NCBI GenBank assembly: GCA_964485575.1
Contig: CAZAJO010000001.1
Coordinates: 59,602-123,601, forward strand
Reading direction: 5' to 3'
From: an uncultured Gammaproteobacteria bacterium
Lineage (GTDB): Bacteria > Patescibacteriota > Microgenomatia > Levybacterales > GWA1-39-11
Length of the DNA: 64,000 bases
The position numbers were made by a program, and so were the translations under genes. Below the pieces are notes generated by a model. That model was not told the DNA's origin and searched no databases. It saw only the letters and a program-made list of their open reading frames with translations. Position 1 is the stretch's first letter, and each line of letters starts with the position of its first letter. Positions 1-10,140 of the stretch are shown one piece after another.

Positions 1-2
1 TT

Positions 3-1166
3 GTTGCTCAAACTCCAGGAATCGTCAGTACGATAAATGTCAGTGAAGGCCAGCAAGTCAGCAAAGGAACAACGCTCGTAAGTCTTTCCTCAAATTATCA
101 GGGAGGAAATGCAGCTGGTGTTCAACGTGAAATTGCGTACGCCACAAACAAAAATGCAAAGGAAACACTAGACACACAAAAAGATATCATTAAAAAACAA
201 AGAGATCTGGCCAATAAAACAGACGATAATTCAGATCAACTAAGAGATATAACTTCAAAGTCTATTGAAGAAACAAAATCACTTTTAAGTCTCAATCAAA
301 ACATTGTTTCAAGTCTCAACTCCACCCTTTCAACTCTTGAATCAACAAATGTTGGAGGAGCAAACGACGCTCAGATCCTGCAGACCAAGCAGATCATTTC
401 CCAATATCAGTCTGCAGTCAATCAACTCCAGGCGGGAGTAAGAAATTCTGAATATCAAGGGGCTGGTGACAAACCACCTGCTGATCTGTCGAATATGTCA
501 AAGGATCTTACTCAAAAGCAACTTGATCTTCAAGAAAAAGCGCTTACCCTGTCAGTTGAGATTTCCGCATTGCAATTAAAGTTAGCTCAAATCCAGGAGG
601 GAACCATGTATCCAGCGTCTCCATTTGCAGGAGTCGTTGACCGGATTTATGTCACTGAAGGAGAAGCAGTCAACCCTGGTACGCCAATTGCACTTATTCA
701 TGGCGCACAAAAGTTAAAGGCTGTCGCACGAGTACCAAGAGAAATTGCGCAGAAATTATCCCAAGTTGATGAAGCTACCCTTTCAATTGATGGGAAAACT
801 TATAAAACTGCGCCAGTCTATATTTCAACAGAAGCAACTGATGGGTCTTTGTATTCTGTAATTTTTGATGTACCGACTGATTTTCAAGACAGTGTAACAA
901 ACAATGAATTCATAACAGTTGAACTTCCGGTTGGATACGCTGACACATCAACTGCAGTTCCTTTTGTTCCGCTTGATGCTATCTATCAAAGCACTGACTC
1001 CTCATATGTCTTTGTCATCGACAATGATCGTGCGATTACCAAAAAGGTCAAATTAGGCTCTATCGTAGGACAATATGCACAAGTAGAATCGGGTCTTACT
1101 TCGGGAGATGAAATTATCCTGACAAGAACTGTTGTGGCAGGGGATAGTGTGCGCCGCATCAAATAA
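3..1166 (+). CDS. RND efflux periplasmic adaptor / membrane fusion protein (5'-truncated by window edge)
   Basis: Frame is open from position 3 (VAQTPGIVSTINVSEGQQVSKG). Two lipoyl-like half-motifs (second: ASPFAGVVDRIYVTEGEAVNPG) flank a coiled coil; C-terminal VPLDAI...VKLG...GLTSGDEII. Lies directly upstream of an AcrB-family gene. Confidence 0.9.
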   Translation, partial: VAQTPGIVSTINVSEGQQVSKGTTLVSLSSNYQGGNAAGVQREIAYATNKNAKETLDTQKDIIKKQRDLANKTDDNSDQLRDITSKSIEETKSLLSLNQNIVSSLNSTLSTLESTNVGGANDAQILQTKQIISQYQSAVNQLQAGVRNSEYQGAGDKPPADLSNMSKDLTQKQLDLQEKALTLSVEISALQLKLAQIQEGTMYPASPFAGVVDRIYVTEGEAVNPGTPIALIHGAQKLKAVARVPREIAQKLSQVDEATLSIDGKTYKTAPVYISTEATDGSLYSVIFDVPTDFQDSVTNNEFITVELPVGYADTSTAVPFVPLDAIYQSTDSSYVFVIDNDRAITKKVKLGSIVGQYAQVESGLTSGDEIILTRTVVAGDSVRRIK

Positions 1167-1172
1167 CACCTC

Positions 1173-4100
1173 ATGGAACAAAAAAATTCATACCTGTCAC
1201 GTCTTAAGTTTGATCCGAGTCTTCTCTCATCATTTAAGGCAAAATATTTATCTAACATCCGCATAGTACTGTTGTTGCTTTTTTTGATCATCGCAACCGG
1301 AGTAACAAGCTTTCTAACTCTTCCAAGAAGGCTCAATCCTGAGGTTAAGATCCCAATCGTTGCCGTTACAACTATTTTGCCAGGTGCAAGCCCTAAGGAT
1401 GTTGAGGAGCTTGTCACAAACCCAATTGAAGATGCTATTAAAGGGACAAAGGGAATAACGACTCTTAACTCAAGCTCCAATGAATCTGCCTCAACGATTA
1501 TTGTTGAATTTAGCTCAAATATAAGTCCAGACAAAGCAGAGGCGGACCTGAAATCTGCAGTTGACACTGTAACAGATTTGCCTGAGGACGCAAAAGACCC
1601 AATTGTCAGAAAGTTCGATTTCGAAGATCAGCCCATATGGATATTTGCAGTGAAAAGCAATGATCCGGCGTCTCTGTATAGATTCTCAAAACAACTTCGC
1701 GACAAGCTTGAAGATGATTCCATCATCGACAGAGTGACCGTGAGTGGACTTGAAGATCAGGAGATCCAAATTCTTGCAGATCCTGAGAAAATAACTAAAA
1801 ATGGGATAAATCCCCTTGTTCTTTCAGGTAGTATTCGCTCGCTTCTTGCTTCTTATCCTTCAGGAAGTGTAAATTCCCAAAACCTTTCATTTCCGGTCGG
1901 TATCAACCCATCAATAGCATCAACAAATGATCTACGAAACATCACACTTAAGGTAGAAGGGGAACAAGTAAAACTGTCTGATGTTGCCTCCGTCTCTGAA
2001 AAGACAAAACCAGGACTCCAGAAAGCATTCATCGCAGATAGCAGATCAAAAGCAGAAACTGTTGCTACTTTTTCGGTCTACAAGAATAGCTCTGCAACTA
2101 TTGATGAAGGATCACAAAGGACAAAAAAGATTGTTGAAGATACGATAAAACCATACAAAAACACGTTCAAAGTTGTCAGCATCACTGACTCTTCACATCT
2201 CATAGATGATGAGTTCGGTAATCTAACAGATAGTTTTCGCGATACTCTTATTCTTGTATTTATCACATTTCTTATCTTCCTTGGAATCAGACAAGCGCTT
2301 ATTGCAGTTCTTACCATCCCACTCACCTTTCTTGCTACTTTTACGGTTATCCATAGTGTGGGACTCTCATTAAATTTCTTGACTTTATTTTCACTTCTTC
2401 TGGCTCTTGGACTTTTGGTTGATGACACTATTGTTGTTGTGACCGGTATGACCTCTTACTATAGATCCAAGAAATTCACTCCACATCAGACTGGACTTTT
2501 GGTATGGCGAGACCTAATTGTTCCTATTTGGAGTACTACCATAACAACATCCTGGGCATTTCTTCCTTTACTTCTTTCGACTGGAATCATAGGAGAATTC
2601 ATAAAAACAATTCCAATAGTGGTCGCAACAACCCTCTATTCATCTACAGCAATTGCTGTTCTTATAACAATTCCCCTTATGATTGTTGTACTAAAATTCA
2701 GCATTCCACGAAGAGTCGCTGTCCTTCTGAAAATCGTAACTGTTCTTCTAATTGTATTTCTTATATTGACCCTTTTTAATGGCAACCCCTTTGCGATAGT
2801 GATTCTTTTATTGACAGCACTTTTTGCATATATAACGATAAGAGAAAGGGCATTGCTATACGCCAAATTTGAGGATCTTTTTGGACGTTCAAGAATCAGA
2901 AATACTAAAGTTCTTGCTACTCGCTTCAATGAAAGGTTGATAGATATAGAGCATCTAGCACTTTACTACAAACGGATCATTTTAAGGATTCTTTCATCGA
3001 AGAATGCTAGGAAAAAAGTTTTGATTGCAGTTGTCATCTTCTCTATATTTTCTTATCTTTTAGTTCCTTTTGGGTTTGTTACTAATGAATTTTTCCCAAA
3101 AAGTGAGAATGACTATATCTATGTGAATTTGGAGATGCCAAGCGGATCAAATACAACAACCGTTACAAATGCCACAAGTTCACTTCTTGAAAAATTGAGA
3201 AAAACAAAAGGCATAGAATATGTGTCAGCTGAGGTTGGAAAAGGGATTGATGCCGGAGCACAAGACTTTAGATCAGGTGGAAACGTAGCACTATTTACAT
3301 TGTCACTCCCTTCAAAAGATGAAAGAAAAATCGACTCACTTGAAATTGCAAATAATATACGGGAAGAACTAAAACATATCAAAAGTGAAGGAAAAATTTC
3401 TGTTGTAGAACTCTCTGGAGGACCACCGGCTGGAGCTGAAGTTCAGGTACAATTGTTGGGTGATGATTTGGCAAAGCTTGATAGTTATGCAGATCAAATC
3501 ATGGTCTTTCTACAAAAACAGCAAGGAATTATTAACGTAACAAAATCAGTAAATCCTGGCACTTCAAAATTATCATTTGTCCCTGATCCCTCAAAGCTTG
3601 CAGCTTCAGGAATATCACAAGACTCACTTGGTATATGGCTCAGAACATTTACGACTGGTCTCACATTTAAGAGTGTTAAATTCGGAGAAAAAGATTCAAA
3701 GGACATCGTGTTTCGCATGAATCCAGACACACAAAGCCCTGAGGATCTTTCCCGTCTTTCAGTTCCTGATAATGACAAATCGTATGTGCCTTTACTCTCT
3801 TTGGGAGAACTGAAATTGGATACAAATCCAACAGCAACAACACATCTTGATACCAAAAGGACGATATCGGTGAGTGCCGGCGTCAGCAAAGGTTATTCTG
3901 TTTCAAAGGCGAATGAAAACTTACTCAAATACGTAGATGGTCTGAAGCTGACGGATGGTTATGAGTATAGGACAGGCGGAGTAAATGAGGAAAATCAAAA
4001 ATCAGTCACTTCAATTTTGCAGTCAATGATCCTTGCAGGAATTCTGATTTTGGCAACCATGGTAATCCAATTCAGAAGTTATAGAAAGGCTCTTATTGTC

Positions 4101-4520
4101 ATGCTTGTCATCCCACTTGCTATCTCAGGTGTATTTATCGTATTTGCACTTACTGGTACCCCACTTTCTTTCCCAGCACTTATCGGGGTGCTTTCCCTCT
4201 TTGGAATAGTTGTAACGCACGCAATGTTTTTGGTAGACAAATTCAATAGAAATCTGGCAATAAATATGCCATTTAAAGAGGCTATTGCAGATGGTGCGGC
4301 AAGTAGACTAGAACCAGTGTTTATCGGCTCATTTACCACCATTGTGGGGCTTATTCCTATCTCTTTGTCTAACCCACTCTGGCGTGGACTTGGAGGGGCA
4401 ATCATTGCAGGTCTCGCTTTTTCAGGAATCATCATGTTATTCTTCATACCGGTAATGTATTACATTGTATATAGACATGACTACGAGAAAAAAACACCGA
4501 GAACAAATCCCCGAGTTTAA
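1173..4520 (+). CDS. RND efflux transporter permease, AcrB/AcrD/AcrF family
   Basis: 1115 aa with PGASPKDVEELVTNPIE, TM4 GLLVDDTIVV, and SRLEPVFIGSFTTIVGLIP; two large extracytoplasmic loops. Confidence 0.95.
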   Translation: MEQKNSYLSRLKFDPSLLSSFKAKYLSNIRIVLLLLFLIIATGVTSFLTLPRRLNPEVKIPIVAVTTILPGASPKDVEELVTNPIEDAIKGTKGITTLNSSSNESASTIIVEFSSNISPDKAEADLKSAVDTVTDLPEDAKDPIVRKFDFEDQPIWIFAVKSNDPASLYRFSKQLRDKLEDDSIIDRVTVSGLEDQEIQILADPEKITKNGINPLVLSGSIRSLLASYPSGSVNSQNLSFPVGINPSIASTNDLRNITLKVEGEQVKLSDVASVSEKTKPGLQKAFIADSRSKAETVATFSVYKNSSATIDEGSQRTKKIVEDTIKPYKNTFKVVSITDSSHLIDDEFGNLTDSFRDTLILVFITFLIFLGIRQALIAVLTIPLTFLATFTVIHSVGLSLNFLTLFSLLLALGLLVDDTIVVVTGMTSYYRSKKFTPHQTGLLVWRDLIVPIWSTTITTSWAFLPLLLSTGIIGEFIKTIPIVVATTLYSSTAIAVLITIPLMIVVLKFSIPRRVAVLLKIVTVLLIVFLILTLFNGNPFAIVILLLTALFAYITIRERALLYAKFEDLFGRSRIRNTKVLATRFNERLIDIEHLALYYKRIILRILSSKNARKKVLIAVVIFSIFSYLLVPFGFVTNEFFPKSENDYIYVNLEMPSGSNTTTVTNATSSLLEKLRKTKGIEYVSAEVGKGIDAGAQDFRSGGNVALFTLSLPSKDERKIDSLEIANNIREELKHIKSEGKISVVELSGGPPAGAEVQVQLLGDDLAKLDSYADQIMVFLQKQQGIINVTKSVNPGTSKLSFVPDPSKLAASGISQDSLGIWLRTFTTGLTFKSVKFGEKDSKDIVFRMNPDTQSPEDLSRLSVPDNDKSYVPLLSLGELKLDTNPTATTHLDTKRTISVSAGVSKGYSVSKANENLLKYVDGLKLTDGYEYRTGGVNEENQKSVTSILQSMILAGILILATMVIQFRSYRKALIVMLVIPLAISGVFIVFALTGTPLSFPALIGVLSLFGIVVTHAMFLVDKFNRNLAINMPFKEAIADGAASRLEPVFIGSFTTIVGLIPISLSNPLWRGLGGAIIAGLAFSGIIMLFFIPVMYYIVYRHDYEKKTPRTNPRV

Positions 4521-5301
4521 GAAAAAAATCCGTTCCTTTTATAAAGAAAACAAACGAGAGTTTGCGTGGAGAAATACATCCGACCCATACAAGATAATCG
4601 TTTCTGAAATGATGCTCCAGCAAACCCAAACAGGAAGGGTTACTGAAAAATATGCAGCCTTTTTAAGGGCCTTTCCAACCGTTTCACACCTTTCAAAAGC
4701 ATCCACTTCAGAAGTCTTAAAGGCATGGCAGGGCTTGGGATACAACAGACGAGCACTATATTTGAAAAGAACAGCCGAGATTGTTTGTGAAAAGTATAAT
4801 GGAACGTTTCCCAAGCTCAAAAGTGAGTTAATTGAGCTCCCAGGAATAGGAACAAATACAGCCGGTGCGGTAATAGCATTTGCCCATAATCTACCTGTCA
4901 CTTTCATAGAAACCAACATTAGAAGAGTTTTTATCTACGAATTTTTCCGTGAAAAAGAAATCGTTGACGATCAAGAAATTTACCCACTCATTGAAGCGTC
5001 GTTGAACACTAAAAATCCACGCGAATGGTACTATGCATTGATGGATTATGGCGCCCATCTAGGAAGAACTGTAGTTAACCCGAATAGGAAAAGTAAGACG
5101 TATTCCAAACAAGCAAAGTTTGAAGGATCACTGCGTCAAGTCCGCGGAATGATATTAAAACTCCTTTTGAAAAAGCCTATGACTGAAACGTCACTATCAA
5201 AACTGATTGGGAACAAAGAGTATTGTGCAACAGCACTTCATCAATTAGAGAAAGAAGGTTTTATTGTAAGAAAATCAAATAATCTTTCTCTAAAGCCTTG
5301 A
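4477..5301 (+). CDS. mutY: A/G-specific adenine glycosylase MutY (no Fe-S cluster motif)
   Basis: WRNTSDPYKIIVSEMMLQQTQ, WQGLGYNRRA and HhH motif LPGIGTNTAGA. ATG at 4477 overlaps the end of the upstream gene. Confidence 0.88.
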   Translation: MTTRKKHREQIPEFKKKIRSFYKENKREFAWRNTSDPYKIIVSEMMLQQTQTGRVTEKYAAFLRAFPTVSHLSKASTSEVLKAWQGLGYNRRALYLKRTAEIVCEKYNGTFPKLKSELIELPGIGTNTAGAVIAFAHNLPVTFIETNIRRVFIYEFFREKEIVDDQEIYPLIEASLNTKNPREWYYALMDYGAHLGRTVVNPNRKSKTYSKQAKFEGSLRQVRGMILKLLLKKPMTETSLSKLIGNKEYCATALHQLEKEGFIVRKSNNLSLKP

Positions 5302-5326
5302 TTTTGAAAGTGTATTTTTCTAAGAT
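5298..5326 (+). promoter_or_regulatory. sigma70-type promoter, leaderless configuration
   Basis: TTGATT(5298-5303)-17 nt-TAAGAT(5321-5326), 6 nt before ATG 5333. Confidence 0.55.
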
Positions 5327-5332
5327 AGATGT

Positions 5333-6109
5333 ATGTCAGATCTCAAGAGTTATTTCAGAGAAAACAAACTTGTCCAAAATTATGCTTGGATTCTAGTGCT
5401 TACTGTCTTTTTTCTTTGGCTTGTCAATTATTTTAATATTTCCTATCCTCTCACCATAACCTCCCGCGCTGCTTCTGGAGAATTAGCAGTTGTAGGCGAA
5501 GGAAAGGTTGACATAACTCCAAATAACGCATCCGTTGATCTTGGGATTGTGACAAATGATGCAAAATCTGTTGATGATGCACAAAATCAGATAAATAAAG
5601 TGAATAACGCGATTGTAGATAACCTTACACAACTCGGGATCGATAAAAAGGATATAAAGACCTCAAATTACTCAATAATGCCTAACTATGATTATACGAA
5701 AAGTGGATCAGGTACAATTACCGGATATAACGGAAATACAACAGTCACTGTAAAAGTAAAAGATACTTCAAAACTCCCTGATGTGATAGCTGCTGCAACC
5801 AGGGGTGGTGCAAATCAAGTAATGGGTACCAACTACTCCGTCGAGTCTCCAGAAAAATACAGAGAACAAGCCCGCAATAAGGCTATAGCAAATGCTAAAG
5901 AGCAGGCCCAAAAATTAGCAGGAGAACTAGGAATTAGACTTGGTAAGGTTACCAATATCGTAGAGTCAACCAATGATAATGGCCCATACCCATTGATGTA
6001 TAAAGCTGAAGCGGTAAGTATGGGCGGAGGAAATGCTCCTGTCCCCGATCTTCAACCAGGGACCCAAACAATCTCATCCTCAGTCACTCTCTATTTCGAT
6101 AAGAGATAA
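5333..6109 (+). CDS. SIMPL (DUF541) domain protein, membrane anchored
   Basis: VVGEGKVDITPN, IKTSNYSIMPNYDY, AREKA-like AIANAKEQAQKLA, LQPGTQTISSSVTLYF; N-terminal TM helix. Confidence 0.9.
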   Translation: MSDLKSYFRENKLVQNYAWILVLTVFFLWLVNYFNISYPLTITSRAASGELAVVGEGKVDITPNNASVDLGIVTNDAKSVDDAQNQINKVNNAIVDNLTQLGIDKKDIKTSNYSIMPNYDYTKSGSGTITGYNGNTTVTVKVKDTSKLPDVIAAATRGGANQVMGTNYSVESPEKYREQARNKAIANAKEQAQKLAGELGIRLGKVTNIVESTNDNGPYPLMYKAEAVSMGGGNAPVPDLQPGTQTISSSVTLYFDKR

Positions 6110-7285
<1,176 letters not shown>

Positions 7286-7296
7286 TTCCAATTAAC

Positions 7297-7419
7297 AGAT
7301 GGGTGACTCGACTGGGGGACCCCCATTGAGAATCTAACACAAGCGATCAACTTTGTCTTAAACAGATAGAGCGGGTGTTAAGAATCGCAAATGGGGGTAA
7401 GGAGAGTCAGGACCCATCT
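7297..7419. ncRNA. Candidate structured non-coding RNA (rod-like hairpin with internal bubble; family unassigned)
   Basis: GC-rich intergenic stretch with nested pairings AGATGGGT/ACCCATCT, GACTC/GAGTC, ACCCCCATT/AATGGGGGT and TAACAC/GTGTTA. Confidence 0.5.
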
Positions 7420-7435
7420 ACCCAGCTGAGCAAAC

Positions 7436-7465
7436 TTGACACGCTTACCTCTTTTTTACTATCAT
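7436..7465 (+). promoter_or_regulatory. sigma70-type promoter, leaderless configuration
   Basis: TTGACA(7436-7441)-18 nt-TATCAT(7460-7465), 6 nt before ATG 7472. Confidence 0.6.
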
Positions 7466-7471
7466 GGATAT

Positions 7472-8209
7472 ATGCGAAAAAGACTGCTCGTTATATTTTC
7501 TGTCGTAATTTTCGGAATTTCCCCAGCCTTTGCATTTGCCGAAGATTCAGCAACTACAAATACTATTACCTCTGATACTACTGTTACAGCAACTCCAACC
7601 ACAACAAAAGAGAAACACGCTGATACTCTAAAAGTCCGCCCTACTCTTACATCTGCTATGAAAGATGCAAAAAGTGAAATACATGACAAAAAGGAAGAGG
7701 CAAGAGCAGAATTTAAAACGAAACTCGCTGAGATCAAAGACGCAAGAAAACAATCTATAGTCACAAATATAGATACGCGAATCAACACGATAAATAAGAA
7801 TCGGACTGATGAAATGTCTAAAAGACTAGAGAGACTCACTACCATTCTTACAAAAATATCGACAAAAGAGGCTACTCTTTCTTCCGAAGGAAAAAACACC
7901 ACCACGTTGAAAAACGATATCACAGCAGCAACTGCTGCAATTAATGCTGCAATTACCGCTGTGAGCGATCAGGCAGCAAAAGACTATGTAGTTACTCTTA
8001 CCACGGATACTGCACTTAAGACTAATGTTTCGACAGTGATCAAACAATTTATGGCCGATATTAAGGCTGTGTTTCTAAAAGTGGTTGCAGCCCAAACAGC
8101 AGTATTTAAAGCTCACACTGACCTCGCAAAACTAATGGGCATCACCCCAACTCCTACAACAGCAACAACCACACCAACAGCAACTATTACCGTAACACCA
8201 ACACCTTAA
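7472..8209 (+). CDS. Secreted alpha-helical/coiled-coil hypothetical protein with Thr/Pro-rich ends
   Basis: Signal peptide MRKRLLVIFSVVIFGISPAFAFA; long helical core; TPTP tail. Start taken at ATG 7472. Confidence 0.75.
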   Translation: MRKRLLVIFSVVIFGISPAFAFAEDSATTNTITSDTTVTATPTTTKEKHADTLKVRPTLTSAMKDAKSEIHDKKEEARAEFKTKLAEIKDARKQSIVTNIDTRINTINKNRTDEMSKRLERLTTILTKISTKEATLSSEGKNTTTLKNDITAATAAINAAITAVSDQAAKDYVVTLTTDTALKTNVSTVIKQFMADIKAVFLKVVAAQTAVFKAHTDLAKLMGITPTPTTATTTPTATITVTPTP

Positions 8210-8219
8210 AGATATAACT

Positions 8220-8654
8220 ATGGAAAATAAAGACCAAACAATACCAACAACACCAGTCGCACCAAATCCTCCGCCTGTTGCACCAACTGCACCTGTTACA
8301 CCTCCGCCAACTAGTGTCCCTACGACTCCGGTCCCACCAACCCCACCTCCTGTCGCAGCAACAGCTCCTGTTGTTGCTCCACCCTCATCGGGTAAAAAGA
8401 ACAACGGACTTCTTATCGTTGCATTCATTCTTGTCACATTAATAATTGTTCTGGGAGCACTTTACTACATCATCATGAAACAGTCCTCTACCCAAACGAC
8501 GACGACCCCACCTGTCCAGCAACAAGTAATTCAACCTACGACCCCACCTGTCACACCAACAGTTACGCCAACAGATGAAGAGATATTAACTACTCCAGTC
8601 CCCAATCCTGAAGAGGATGGTACCCAGCTTAATACAGAAATCCAAGGACTATAA
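8220..8654 (+). CDS. Pro/Thr-rich single-pass membrane protein
   Basis: Pro-rich N-terminus, KKNN followed by one TM helix, then a TP-rich C-terminus. Confidence 0.75.
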   Translation: MENKDQTIPTTPVAPNPPPVAPTAPVTPPPTSVPTTPVPPTPPPVAATAPVVAPPSSGKKNNGLLIVAFILVTLIIVLGALYYIIMKQSSTQTTTTPPVQQQVIQPTTPPVTPTVTPTDEEILTTPVPNPEEDGTQLNTEIQGL

Positions 8655-8675
8655 GCATGTGCATTCGCACTAATT

Positions 8676-9008
8676 TTACGAAAGACTTGAAAGAAGAGAG
8701 GAAACGAGAGAGACTACTATACTAAAAAGTATCGCTGCCAAAATCCCACTGACATGAAACCCAGGAACAACAGATCCGACGAGTAAAACAAGAAGTCCAT
8801 TTAAGACCAACAAGAATACTCCAAGGGTCAAAATCGTTAGTGGAATAGTCAAGATTACTAAGACTGGTTTTAGGAAGGTGTTAACGATACCCAAAACAAT
8901 TGCTACTACAACAAGAGTTGTCATTGAATCAATTGTTACTCCTGGGATGATAAATGCTGCTACAAATACAGAGATGGTCAGTATGATGAGTCGTAGTACG
9001 AGATTCAT
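8676..9008 (-). CDS. 4-TM phage-holin-like (YvlD/DUF360) membrane protein
   Basis: LGIVNTFLKPVLVILTIPLTILTLGVFLLVLNG and VPGFHV motifs. Confidence 0.88.
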   Translation of the reverse strand: MNLVLRLIILTISVFVAAFIIPGVTIDSMTTLVVVAIVLGIVNTFLKPVLVILTIPLTILTLGVFLLVLNGLLVLLVGSVVPGFHVSGILAAILFSIVVSLVSSLLSSLS

Positions 9009-9043
9009 ACCTCTATTATAGCCTTAAGAAAATATTAATCAAA

Positions 9044-10099
9044 TCAATAGGATCTACTCAGATTGAATTCTAAAAGGCTCTTGAGTATTTCTTTTTGTTG
9101 CTCATCAACCTTTAAATTATCAAAAATTTTCCATGACTTTTCCATGATCATATCTATATCCTTATCCAACAATTCCACAATCTGATACTTCAGAATTAGA
9201 TCCCTTATTCTACTCAACTGATTTAACGTAAGATCAGCATTACCGAATGACTCATCTAAAAACTTTCTTTCACTTTCATCAGCTTTCTCAAAAAGTAGGG
9301 CTCTTACAAGCGTTTTTTTATTCTCCCGGATATCAGACCCGACAGGCTTTCCTATCTCTTTTTCATCACCCATAAGCCCAATGATGTCATCTTTCATCTG
9401 AAATATTGTTCCGATGTATTCTCCCAACTCCTCGAATTCATTATTTGTAGACTCATCTGTTCCGGTTACTATACAGGCCAATACAAAGGGGAGTGAAAAA
9501 GTATAACGAGCGGTTTTATATTTGTAGACAGAATAGATCTCATCAATTGTCGCTTCTTCTGGGGTCTGACCAAATTCAGAATCGATTCCTTCAGCCAAAG
9601 CAACAGTTTTTATCTCTTGTGATAAATACCGTATCAGTTGACCTACAGAACTTAATTTAAGATCTGAAACCAGTTCCATAGCAAGATAAAAGGATACGTC
9701 AGCAGCCAATATTGCTATTGAAATTCCGTAATGCTTAGCATCTATTGCATCTACACTTTTACCTTTCTCTTCATATAAAGCAAATATTGTTTTTCCACCA
9801 CGTCTCATGTAGTCGTTGTCGATGATATCATCTTGTATCAAAAGCGATGAATGGATCAGCTCTATCGCACACGCAATATGTATGTAATCCTTTGTTATTT
9901 TTTGTCCTAAAAGTTCTACCGTTAACAAAAATAATGTCCCTCGTATTAACTTCCCTTTGAATACAAACTCTTCCAACGAATCGATTATTCCTTGTTTTTG
10001 AAGTGACTGAGGAATCGCCTCTTTCTGTAAATGTAGAAATTGTTTTAGATTTTCTTCGATCAGATTTCTTGAAGAAGCTGAGTATTCTTGGAAAGTCAT
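9044..10099 (-). CDS. Polyprenyl diphosphate synthase (trans-isoprenyl diphosphate synthase family)
   Basis: GKLIRG, FARM IQDDIIDNDYMRRG, YKTARYT, SARM FQMKDDIIG, GSDIRENKKT. Confidence 0.93.
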   Translation of the reverse strand: MTFQEYSASSRNLIEENLKQFLHLQKEAIPQSLQKQGIIDSLEEFVFKGKLIRGTLFLLTVELLGQKITKDYIHIACAIELIHSSLLIQDDIIDNDYMRRGGKTIFALYEEKGKSVDAIDAKHYGISIAILAADVSFYLAMELVSDLKLSSVGQLIRYLSQEIKTVALAEGIDSEFGQTPEEATIDEIYSVYKYKTARYTFSLPFVLACIVTGTDESTNNEFEELGEYIGTIFQMKDDIIGLMGDEKEIGKPVGSDIRENKKTLVRALLFEKADESERKFLDESFGNADLTLNQLSRIRDLILKYQIVELLDKDIDMIMEKSWKIFDNLKVDEQQKEILKSLLEFNLSRSY

Positions 10100-10140
10100 A
10101 GTGAGATACTAGACCATATTATAACAGTTTTGAGGTAATA

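Noticed and set aside
7297-7419. tRNA, tmRNA or SRP RNA identity for the GC-rich hairpin
   Set aside because: No cloverleaf or T-loop with acceptor stem and CCA, and no SRP domain IV GGAA/GCAG motif on either strand.
7375-7575. 66-aa ORF over the structured intergenic region
   Set aside because: It overlaps the RNA-like hairpin, the promoter and the start of the next gene; no coding signal.
8676-9008. Holin-like gene as evidence of a prophage
   Set aside because: This family is commonly chromosomal; no endolysin, integrase or structural phage genes are nearby.
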